From NCBI GenBank assembly GCA_021498095.1, contig JAIZWK010000001.1, positions 1,410,001 through 1,442,000 on the forward strand: 32,000 bases of DNA, given 5' to 3'. Of this stretch, positions 8,182 to 16,837 are shown piece by piece. Origin of the DNA: Candidatus Harpocratesius repetitus. GTDB taxonomy: Archaea; Asgardarchaeota; Lokiarchaeia; Sigyniarchaeales; Promethearchaeaceae. The notes beneath the pieces were generated by a model. It did no database searches, was not told the DNA's origin, and was given only the letters and a program-made list of their open reading frames with translations. The stretch's first letter is position 1. Every line of letters begins with the position of its first letter. A program made the translations under genes and the position numbers.

Positions 8182-8979
8182 ATGAAATTTCATATGGAAA
8201 AATTACGAATCATTCAAATTACTAAAGAGAATGAAGATCTATTTTATCATTATGTAAACGGACGAGAAGATGAATTCTTTTTTTATATTCTCGATTTTAA
8301 GCAGTACCCAGAAAAGACGCAATTATTTGTTGCAATTGATCAGCAAAAAATTATTCATGGGATTTATATTATTTGGCGGAATCAAACGATTCAAATACGG
8401 GGATCTTTAGAAGGAGCAATGATATTTCTCAAATTTTTAGATAAGCAATCTATTTCTATAAAGGAAATAACTGGAACTCTTAATCACAAAGCTCTTTTGG
8501 AAGAAAAGTATACACATTATGAAAATAAGTTTCACATGTATCGTATGACTTTAGAAAAAGGAGAAGAAGAGTTATTTGAGCAATATTCGTATGAAATCCT
8601 GCCTGCTGGAAGTGAAGAAATAATAGCGGGATTTTTACGGAAAGTAGATCCAAAATTCTGGGGTACATACCAAGCAACTGATATAATTATGGATAATGCG
8701 CATCTTTATTTAGCAATTAGAAAAAATGAACAGATAATTTCTCTGGCAGGATTATGGATTGATGAAAAAATTGGAATAATAAGTGTTGTTGGCACAGATC
8801 CACAATTTCGAAATCAAGGTTATGCTACTTCCATCGTTTCAAGTGGAGTTAAGTATTTATTAGAAAAAACCAAAAAAATTTTAATTCACGTAAGAGTGAA
8901 GAATACACCAGCTGTAAAAATATATAAAAAAGTTGGATACCGTCCCAAGTACGAGTATCTGGTCATGAAATTAAAATAA
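8182..8979 (+). CDS. GNAT family N-acetyltransferase (FR47-like C-terminal domain)
   Basis: VGTDPQFRNQGYA acetyl-CoA motif A and NTPAVKIYKKVGY motif B. Confidence 0.88.
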   Translation: MKFHMEKLRIIQITKENEDLFYHYVNGREDEFFFYILDFKQYPEKTQLFVAIDQQKIIHGIYIIWRNQTIQIRGSLEGAMIFLKFLDKQSISIKEITGTLNHKALLEEKYTHYENKFHMYRMTLEKGEEELFEQYSYEILPAGSEEIIAGFLRKVDPKFWGTYQATDIIMDNAHLYLAIRKNEQIISLAGLWIDEKIGIISVVGTDPQFRNQGYATSIVSSGVKYLLEKTKKILIHVRVKNTPAVKIYKKVGYRPKYEYLVMKLK

Positions 8980-8992
8980 TGAAATTTTTTTT

Positions 8993-9634
8993 TTAACCAA
9001 TAGAAGGATCTTCAGAAAAGACTACTAAGCTTTCTTTATCATTTCCCTTGATCATTACAGCTCCAGTTAATCGAATCTTTTCTCCAGGAAGATCAGTAAT
9101 ATCTTCATCTTCAAAACCGTTTAATGGTTTTGCATAAATTATCAAACGAAGTGCATTTTCTTCAAGTTGTGGTAAACTGTTGACATTATCATCATCTTCC
9201 GCTGATTGCTTTTCCTCTTGTTCTTTGGATGTTTCAGCCAGATCAATTTGGAAATAGGGTTTTCCTTCTAAATTAGAAGGGGAAATTTCCATTTTTACAA
9301 ACATATATTGAATTTCTTCAATAAAATCATTTTCTTCATCTTCATCACTATCATCTTCTTCATCAATATCATCTTCTTCATCATCTCCTTTAACATAATC
9401 ACTATTTTCTTCATCTTGGTTTCCGAATTCTTCATCTCCCTCTTCACTGGAGACATATTGTAGAATATTCAATCCATATATTGTTTCTGTATCCATACCT
9501 ACAATTAAATCGATTTCAAACTCATCGTCATCATAAAATGCTAACAACAATCCTACTTCTTCATTGAATTTATCTGAGAAATAATTGAAGAAAGCTTCAG
9601 ATTCTTTACGTTCATTTTCAAACATTGTTTTCAC
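8993..9634 (-). CDS. Highly acidic hypothetical protein (start probably ATG 9625)
   Basis: 213-aa ORF, 66 D/E by manual count (about 31%), central poly-D/E tract between beta-rich segments. Confidence 0.8.
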   Translation of the reverse strand: MKTMFENERKESEAFFNYFSDKFNEEVGLLLAFYDDDEFEIDLIVGMDTETIYGLNILQYVSSEEGDEEFGNQDEENSDYVKGDDEEDDIDEEDDSDEDEENDFIEEIQYMFVKMEISPSNLEGKPYFQIDLAETSKEQEEKQSAEDDDNVNSLPQLEENALRLIIYAKPLNGFEDEDITDLPGEKIRLTGAVMIKGNDKESLVVFSEDPSIG

Positions 9635-9779
9635 TTAGCGGAAAAAATTCTCTCTTATCTTTTTCAAATCGGCTCTGAATAAAAAGGATCTGCTTGTTAA
9701 GCTGAAATAGGAATTATTTCATTTTTAATTTCCTAACATTTAATTATAAAATTATATTTCCCGCACTTGCTGCAAAAAA

Positions 9780-11129
9780 ATGTCATTAACACAATTGAAG
9801 CAAAGTAAATCAAGAACAATTTGGAATAATTTGAACTATAACGTTAAAATTATTTTAATATTCACCTTGTGCCAATCAATAGGTAGAGGTATTTGGATGG
9901 GAAACGTGCTATCTAGTTATATTTATATTATTGCAGGGAATTCAAATGAATTACTGGGTTGGACATCAGGTGCAACAGGAATAATGATGACAATTGTCGT
10001 TTTTCCTGCAGGTGCTTTAGCTGATCGGTTCCGGAGAGATTGGATGTTATTCATTGCAGGAGGTATTGGAATTATTGGAATGATAATTTTATTTTTTGCA
10101 GATAATCTACAATTAGTTATCATTGCATTATTATTTTGGGGGCTTTATCAAGGAGTAACAAGACCTGCTTTGGAATCTTTATTTGCAGATTCTGTTCCTT
10201 CGGGAAATCGATCTCGTATATATTCCATCCGCCAATTTATACAACAATTCGGAATGATGGTCGGTCCTATGGTGAACATTATTTTATTTTCTTTCTTTGG
10301 AGATGAATGGCATTTACCTATATTAAAGAAAGTAATGGGTGTAGGGATTATTTTTTCCATAGGTTCTCTTGTTCTGATGTTTTTCTTTAGCGATCACAAA
10401 TCATTGGGTGCAAAAAGCGATGCTATTGTTAATAGAGAAAAAATCGTACAAGATCATTCAGAGAATAAATTAAATGTCTCTAACAATTCGGTTATTCATT
10501 CAAAATCTTCAAATATCAATGCCAATCCCCTATTGAAACGTAAATTTGCCCCAATTCGCATTAAAAAGAAAGCAATTCCTTATATTTTAGTGTCTTCAAA
10601 TATTCTAATAGGTTTAGGAGCAGGTATGACTGTAAAATTCTTCCCTATCTTTTTTATGGAAATTTATGGAATGAAACCTGTTCTTGTACAAGGAATTATG
10701 GGAATAACCTTTTTAACTACGGGAATCTTAGGTTTAATCGCACAGCATTATTCGCGCGCCAAAGGACGTGCCCAAATGATTTTTGCTGTGCAATTCTTAG
10801 CCACACTATGTTTAATTGCAATCGCCTTTTACCCTCCTGAAATATTATTGATAATTATTTTTATTGCTCGAGGTTCGTTAATGAATGCAGCTCAACCACT
10901 AAGTCGATCAATTTTGATGGATATTGTTCCAAAAAAGAAACGCGGCAAGTGGAATTCAGTGGAGGCATTAGCATGGGGTTTATTTTGGAACGCTTCGGCA
11001 GTTGTGGGAGGATATTTAATTGGATCGGGCAATAACTTTCAGCTTAATTTTTTAGTTACCGCAGGAATATACGTTCTCAGTTCATTGCCGCTTTTAACAC
11101 TATTTCATGCTGTAAATAGAGAATTATAG
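9780..11129 (+). CDS. Major facilitator superfamily transporter
   Basis: About 12 TM helices in two halves; GALADRFRR motif-A-like loop. Confidence 0.92.
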   Translation: MSLTQLKQSKSRTIWNNLNYNVKIILIFTLCQSIGRGIWMGNVLSSYIYIIAGNSNELLGWTSGATGIMMTIVVFPAGALADRFRRDWMLFIAGGIGIIGMIILFFADNLQLVIIALLFWGLYQGVTRPALESLFADSVPSGNRSRIYSIRQFIQQFGMMVGPMVNIILFSFFGDEWHLPILKKVMGVGIIFSIGSLVLMFFFSDHKSLGAKSDAIVNREKIVQDHSENKLNVSNNSVIHSKSSNINANPLLKRKFAPIRIKKKAIPYILVSSNILIGLGAGMTVKFFPIFFMEIYGMKPVLVQGIMGITFLTTGILGLIAQHYSRAKGRAQMIFAVQFLATLCLIAIAFYPPEILLIIIFIARGSLMNAAQPLSRSILMDIVPKKKRGKWNSVEALAWGLFWNASAVVGGYLIGSGNNFQLNFLVTAGIYVLSSLPLLTLFHAVNREL

Positions 11130-11211
11130 GGCGCTTTTGAGTATTATAGAGAACTTTAAAAAAAAAATAGAGAACTATATAAAAAATAGAAAAACATGAT
11201 ATTTGCGTTAT

Positions 11212-12009
11212 TTATGAATATCTGGAAGGCCGTGGTTGATAGCGGAAGATGGCAGACAATATCATGAAAAATCCTTCGAAAACTAAGATTATTCCCGACA
11301 ACCAGTAAAAGCTGGCGGTTACACCCAACATTAATTTCAAAACAGCAATCCACATTGGTACTTCAGATACATGATAATGGTTCACTAAATATCGCAAAAT
11401 GAAGAAATCTATTAGTAATGCACCCCAAGCAAGATAATAATATATTAATTCTCCAATTTCTGGGTGTATGTAAGGATTTTCCATTATTAATATTATAAAA
11501 CCTAAACCAGAGGCAAATTTATTTGCAAATGAATGCAAGATTTCCCTAAATGTTTTATTATATCTCCAAGCAAAAACAGCTCGATCAGTTAAAGCAATAA
11601 TCATTACCAATAAACCCTTCACCATTAAATAAAATCCAACAAGATTTCCAAATATTGTTCCTAATAATCCAAAAAACAAAAAGTCGATGCTATAATTTGC
11701 TAAATCTCTTTGCATTATTTTCTTGGATGCATAAAATATATCATATATAACTAAAATTACACCAACAGCCACTGGAATAAGATCTCCAACTAGAACTCTT
11801 GGAAAATCGGTTATTGTATCTTTTTGCGGGAGTAAACGTAACAAAACAACAAGAAGAATAATGAGTGTGTGAATTGTAGCAAGTGTGATGGTTGCCAAAT
11901 TCATACGGGCAAAATATGTGTATTTTTGCCCCAAAAATGGTGGATTTTCTTGTGCTATAAAGCGGGAATTACGTCTGTGCCTAAAAAATGGTGCATTGGG
12001 ATCTGACAT
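11212..12009 (-). CDS. Hypothetical multi-pass membrane protein
   Basis: 265 aa with about 7-8 hydrophobic helices; no family motif recognised. Confidence 0.75.
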   Translation of the reverse strand: MSDPNAPFFRHRRNSRFIAQENPPFLGQKYTYFARMNLATITLATIHTLIILLVVLLRLLPQKDTITDFPRVLVGDLIPVAVGVILVIYDIFYASKKIMQRDLANYSIDFLFFGLLGTIFGNLVGFYLMVKGLLVMIIALTDRAVFAWRYNKTFREILHSFANKFASGLGFIILIMENPYIHPEIGELIYYYLAWGALLIDFFILRYLVNHYHVSEVPMWIAVLKLMLGVTASFYWLSGIILVFEGFFMILSAIFRYQPRPSRYS

Positions 12010-12366
12010 GATTCAAATTTAACCTCAGCACATAATTAGTGGGGTAGATAATAAGGTTCTTTATTTGCATTTTATGTTAATAATTAAGTCAATTTTTAAA
12101 TTTTAAATGAGATATAAGAGCCTTTGTCAACATTTGATAGATTAATAAAAAAATAAAAAGCATGCATAATTTACGCATTTACCAACATTTCATCCAAATT
12201 TGAAATTTGTCGATCAAAAATTTAGAACTTTTTTTATCAAATCCTACTAAAATTTGATTAAAAATAGTCAAAAATCAACCCATAATTATATTTTCTAAGG
12301 TTCATCTTTGCCGACTGAAATAATTCTTGGATAAGTTTGATTATTGTCGGAAAATGAAAGATTAAA

Positions 12367-12984
12367 ATGGAAATTCTGTCAAAAATAAAGAAGTTGCTAG
12401 AACCTCATAAGATTTTACAATTTATGTGTCCAAAATCGGTAATTGTTGTTCCCTACGATCTAAATTGGCCAGAATGGTTTGGAAAGATAAAAAATTATTT
12501 TCTTCCAGCCCTAAGATCATTGACACTCGCTATAGAGCATGTTGGTAGCACTTCTGTAACAGGTTTAGCTGCTAAACCAATTATTGATGTTGATATAGTG
12601 ATTTATAGGGAAAAATTTCTTAAAGTTCGAGAGAAATTAGAACAACTTTGCTTCATTCACGAAGGAGATTTTGGAATTCACGATCGTGAAGCATTTAAGC
12701 CTATTTCAAAAGAAATTGAGTCAAGACTTCCACCATTACATCTTTATGTATGCTCTGAGGATTCAGAAGAACTACATCGCCATATTAATTTTAGAGAATA
12801 TCTAAAAGCTCATCCAAGTATCTGTGCTCGTTATGGAGCAGTTAAAATTGAAAGTGCAAAGAAGTATCCATTTGATATAGATGCTTATATATCTGCAAAA
12901 TCTCCTATAATCCAAGAGATCTATGAGAATATAAAAAAAACGAAAAAAGGAAAAATCAATTCCAAAGTAATTTTAATTAATTGA
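12367..12984 (+). CDS. GrpB/UPF0157 family nucleotidyltransferase-fold protein
   Basis: VVPYD..W, IEHVGSTSV.GLAAKPIIDVD, HLYV, FREYL, Y...K motifs. Confidence 0.92.
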   Translation: MEILSKIKKLLEPHKILQFMCPKSVIVVPYDLNWPEWFGKIKNYFLPALRSLTLAIEHVGSTSVTGLAAKPIIDVDIVIYREKFLKVREKLEQLCFIHEGDFGIHDREAFKPISKEIESRLPPLHLYVCSEDSEELHRHINFREYLKAHPSICARYGAVKIESAKKYPFDIDAYISAKSPIIQEIYENIKKTKKGKINSKVILIN

Positions 12985-12992
12985 ATATATGA

Positions 12993-14288
12993 TTAATTTT
13001 GCTTCTTTTTTGTTTTTTTCCGCCTTAAGACTCTACATTCTTTTGCTACACGAGTTAAGATTTCAACGGCTTCATCGATATCTCTTTGAGTATGTGTTGC
13101 CATTAGACTTGTGCGTAACATTGCTTTAGGACTCGCGGGTGGAACAACTGGATTTGTGTAAACTCCTGCTTCGATTAAGGCTTTATTATATTTCAGCATT
13201 TTCATTGTATCACCAATAATTATAGGAACAATTGGTGTTGGTATTTCTTGTGGGATGGTAGAGAATCCTGCTTCTTCTACTCCTTTACGAAATGCTGCTG
13301 AATTTTTCAAAACTTGTTTACGAAGTCTTTCTTCTTTTAAAAACAGATCTATTGCTTTTGAAGCAGTCGCTACAGACGCTGGTGGGATAGATGCACTATA
13401 GATAAGACTTCGTGCATGATGTGTGATATATTCAATCAAATCTTCACTCCCGACACAGAATCCACCAATACTGGCAAAAGATTTTGAAAATGTTCCAACA
13501 ACTAAATCAACCCGATCCATTAATTTAAAATGTCCAAGTGAACCTTCTCCATGGTCACCAAGATAACCAACTCCATGTGCATCATCAATAATTACTCTGG
13601 CGTCATATTGATCTGCAAGTTCTATAATACGTGGGATTTGAGCTAAATTGCCTTCCATTGAAAATACTCCATCTGAAATAATCCAACGGTTTCCTTCTTC
13701 AGGTAATGATTTTAAAACACGTTCTAAATCTTCCATATTATTATGTTGATATACTTTTGTATTCGCATAGGAAAGTCGGCAGCCATCAATAATACTTGCA
13801 TGATTTTTCTCATCTGATACAACCCAATCCCCTTTTTTTGTTATACCTGAAATTGTTCCCAAATTTGCCTGCATTCCTGTGCTATAACAAATTGCACCAT
13901 CCTTTCCCATAAAATCTGCTAGTTTATTTTCTAATTCTAAGTGTAAATCTAATGTCCCATTTAGGTATCGCGAACCTGTACAACCTGTTCCATACTTTTC
14001 TATTGCAGCAATGGCAGCATTTATCATTTCAGGATGATCTGCAAGTCCTAAATAATTGTTTGAACCTAACATAATTGTTTCTTTACCCCGGAGATGAACT
14101 CTAGGACCTATTCTTCCAGTATTTGGAATGAAATATGGATATAATCCCATTTCTTTTGTAAGGCGTGACATTCTAATTGTTGGTGAGAGAGGAAAACGTT
14201 CAAATTTACCTACTCTTTTTTTAACTTCGGATGATTCTGATGTTTTATATTTAACTTCAGTCAATATAATCACTTCATTTAAAAACAT
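12993..14288 (-). CDS. spt: PLP-dependent alpha-oxoamine synthase (class II aminotransferase), most similar by motif to bacterial serine palmitoyltransferase
   Basis: GLYPYF, GSNNYLGL, GTGCTGSRYLNGTLDLH, NHASI, DGVFSMEG, DDAH, PLP-Lys motif GTFSKS (13479-13496), NPVVPPA and SLMATH. The family call is near certain; serine/acyl-CoA specificity is inferred. Confidence 0.7.
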   Translation of the reverse strand: MFLNEVIILTEVKYKTSESSEVKKRVGKFERFPLSPTIRMSRLTKEMGLYPYFIPNTGRIGPRVHLRGKETIMLGSNNYLGLADHPEMINAAIAAIEKYGTGCTGSRYLNGTLDLHLELENKLADFMGKDGAICYSTGMQANLGTISGITKKGDWVVSDEKNHASIIDGCRLSYANTKVYQHNNMEDLERVLKSLPEEGNRWIISDGVFSMEGNLAQIPRIIELADQYDARVIIDDAHGVGYLGDHGEGSLGHFKLMDRVDLVVGTFSKSFASIGGFCVGSEDLIEYITHHARSLIYSASIPPASVATASKAIDLFLKEERLRKQVLKNSAAFRKGVEEAGFSTIPQEIPTPIVPIIIGDTMKMLKYNKALIEAGVYTNPVVPPASPKAMLRTSLMATHTQRDIDEAVEILTRVAKECRVLRRKKTKKKQN

Positions 14289-14723
14289 TAAATTTGATCA
14301 AACAAATATTTAATTAAATAATAGTAGATAGGAAAGAATTTAAACTTTAAGGCAAAAGTGTTCATGAACTGATCTCAAGTCTATTTAAAACATGTCATTG
14401 CATTTCTAACATAGCTAGATTGTAAAAAGGAACAAATTTGTTTTTTTTAGTATTAAGGAAATTATTTAATTGAAATCTCTACATATTATTATTTTAGTAA
14501 TTTTTAAGATCAAAATACTATTGTTTTAAATAACTCGTTATTTCAACGATAAATTTTTTTGATCTTTTAATATTCACAGAAAAGAAACATCTTTCTTAAA
14601 AAAAGTCATATTCTCTTTACTTTTTTGAGTTTTTTATTACCATTATTATATTTTTAAAATTGGAAATTTTTTATTAGTATAAATTTAAATAAGTTGAACA
14701 ATATGTAGTAATATGTAGAGTTA

Positions 14724-14749
14724 TTTTTGATCAATATATAGATCAAAAA
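14724..14749. promoter_or_regulatory. Perfect inverted repeat TTTTTGATC-N8-GATCAAAAA upstream of the SDR gene (candidate operator)
   Basis: 9-bp arms at 14724-14732 and 14741-14749, 15 nt before ATG 14765; related half-sites recur in the same intergenic region. Confidence 0.45.
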
Positions 14750-14764
14750 AATTGAAAATGATGG

Positions 14765-15871
14765 ATGATCATGCAAATTTTACTTACAGGCGCTTTTGGC
14801 AATGTTGGAATGAGTGTATTGACAGAATTATTAAATAGAGGATACTTTGTCCGTATATTTGAATTACCTACCAAGAGAAATAAGAAAATAGCTTCACAAT
14901 TTATACAAACTCATAATGTCGAAATTATATGGGGAGATCTCCGAAATTATTTAGATATATTAAAAGCAATGGAAAATATTGATTATGTTTTTCATATTGG
15001 AGCAATTATCCCACCAATGGCAGATAAATTACCTAAATTGGCAGAAGCAGTAAATGTTGGAGGTACGCATAATGTGTTAAAAGCAATAAAAGCTCAAAAA
15101 AATCCTCCAAAAATATTGTATACGTCTAGTATTAGTGTTTATGGGGATCGACGTGATAATCCTTGGATTCGGACAACTGATTCGCTTAATCCAAGCCCAA
15201 ATGATAAATATGGTGATCAAAAAATGCGCGCTGAATTAATGGTCCGCAATTCAGGCTTAGAGTGGTGTATATTTCGCTTAACATACATTACTTCAATGAA
15301 TAAACTTGATCTGGATCCATTAATGTTTGAAATGCCATTAGAAACATGCATAGAAATTTGCGACACTAAAGATGTTGGGTTAGCAGTAGTTAATACAATT
15401 GAAAACGATGCTGTATGGGGAAATATATTTAATATTGCAGGAGGAAATGCATGTCGAACAACATTTGGTGAATATTTAATCACTATGTTAAAACTTTTTG
15501 GTCTTGGTGATGATATTTTACCTGCTGATGCATTTTCTCATGAAAAATTCCACTGTGGATGGTTAGATACACAAAAATCTCAAGAAATACTTCACTATCA
15601 GCGTACTACGCTCCAATCATACTATGAAGAAGTAAAATATAAAGCCAGATTTACTCGTATATTTGCAACTTTATTCAGACCTATTGCAAAAGCAATCATT
15701 TTAAGACGTTCCCCATATTTTAAAGCAATTCGAAGATCAAAGAAATCTCACCGTCGAAAACTGCAAACTATTGGAGAGTATCTTAAAAATATTAATAGAA
15801 TTACGTCTCAAATAATGAAAACTGAACCAAAAATTACGAATCTCTCAAAAAAGTCTCAAATTGTTCAGTAA
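14765..15871 (+). CDS. Extended SDR / NAD(P)-dependent epimerase-dehydratase / 3-beta-HSD-like oxidoreductase
   Basis: TGAFGNVG Rossmann motif, WGDL, VNVGGT, TSSISVYG and YGDQK (YxxxK); basic C-terminal tail. Confidence 0.92.
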   Translation: MIMQILLTGAFGNVGMSVLTELLNRGYFVRIFELPTKRNKKIASQFIQTHNVEIIWGDLRNYLDILKAMENIDYVFHIGAIIPPMADKLPKLAEAVNVGGTHNVLKAIKAQKNPPKILYTSSISVYGDRRDNPWIRTTDSLNPSPNDKYGDQKMRAELMVRNSGLEWCIFRLTYITSMNKLDLDPLMFEMPLETCIEICDTKDVGLAVVNTIENDAVWGNIFNIAGGNACRTTFGEYLITMLKLFGLGDDILPADAFSHEKFHCGWLDTQKSQEILHYQRTTLQSYYEEVKYKARFTRIFATLFRPIAKAIILRRSPYFKAIRRSKKSHRRKLQTIGEYLKNINRITSQIMKTEPKITNLSKKSQIVQ

Positions 15872-16087
15872 TTTTTTTGTTTTCCTAGTTTTATATTCTA
15901 ATTTGAATTCCATTCTATTCCTTAATTCTTATGATAATCTCATTTTTCATGAATTGCTATGTTAAAGTAAATAGAATTTGAAAGATCTTTGCCATGATGA
16001 AAAAATTTTATCAAGAGATAACAAAGATAAATAATGTACAATAGAGGAAAAGAGAGAAAAAGAATAAACAAAAGAAGAAAATGAAGA

Positions 16088-16780
16088 TTATTTGGTAATC
16101 AGATGGCCTTCAATTGCTTTGAAACCGCTTTTGGTAATAACGCAGATTTGCATTCCATATCCTGAACCAGCATCACGGTTTTTAGCTGCAGTTAGTGCTT
16201 GTTTTACTAAATCAATACTTTGTTTTTCAGTCATATTTGGTTTATAATTTGCTTCCAATACTCCAAGAGCAAATGTCGATCCAGATCCTAAACTGGCAAA
16301 ATCTTCTTGTTCAGCCATATAACCAATAAAATCTATCGGGAAAATCTTACCTCTTTTTTCTTTAGTATCATATCCTCCAACAATCATAAAAGCATAGAAA
16401 TAACTACGGCCGTTGAATGCAATATTGCGAATAATATTGGCAATATATGAAGTGGTGGGCTCTTTTCCATTATGTTGAATTTCCATTAAGCGACTTATTG
16501 CTTGGGCTTGGCTAACCATGTACTGGCAATCAGCAACTCCACCTGCAATCGTCATTCCGCAATGTTCATTAATTTTATATAATTTCTGTGCTTCTTTAGT
16601 TGCAACAAAAAATCCTGCAGTGGCTTGAGATTCAGTAGCTAAAATCACACCATCTTTAATTACCAATCCAATTGTCGTAGTTCCTGTCTTTAACATTTCT
16701 AAATTTTGAGCATTTGATTGCGATTGGTAATCTGAATTCTGTGAACGAAATTGAGGAGGGATGTTATTCATTGTCATCAA
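16088..16780 (-). CDS. psmB: Proteasome endopeptidase beta subunit
   Basis: KTG|TTTIG autoprocessing site, Glu17 and Lys33 of the mature chain, GSGS motif, RDAGSG. Confidence 0.97.
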   Translation of the reverse strand: MMTMNNIPPQFRSQNSDYQSQSNAQNLEMLKTGTTTIGLVIKDGVILATESQATAGFFVATKEAQKLYKINEHCGMTIAGGVADCQYMVSQAQAISRLMEIQHNGKEPTTSYIANIIRNIAFNGRSYFYAFMIVGGYDTKEKRGKIFPIDFIGYMAEQEDFASLGSGSTFALGVLEANYKPNMTEKQSIDLVKQALTAAKNRDAGSGYGMQICVITKSGFKAIEGHLITK

Positions 16781-16837
16781 TAATAAAATCGTATGAACCG
16801 AATTTTAAATTATTTTGGATTAGCTAAGATAAGATTA

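Noticed and set aside
8182-8979. GNAT as the bacterial-type ceramide synthase completing the SPT pathway
   Set aside because: At 265 aa with an FR47-like layout it is shorter than bCerS proteins, is 4 kb away, and shows no motif I can tie to bCerS.
11116-11195. Degenerate ATAGAGAAC repeats between convergent genes
   Set aside because: Short, low-complexity and A-rich; explained by minus-strand T-tract terminators.
12309-12350. Hairpin CCGAC...AATAAT / ATTATT-GTCGG upstream of the GrpB-like gene as a structured RNA
   Set aside because: Short stem with no K-turn, riboswitch or SECIS consensus; cannot be supported without covariation data.
12993-14288. Default annotation as BioF (8-amino-7-oxononanoate synthase) or KBL
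   Set aside because: The PLP motif is GTFSKS and the GTGC.GSR.LNGT segment is SPT-like; no bio or tdh genes are adjacent. Not fully excluded without phylogeny or assay.
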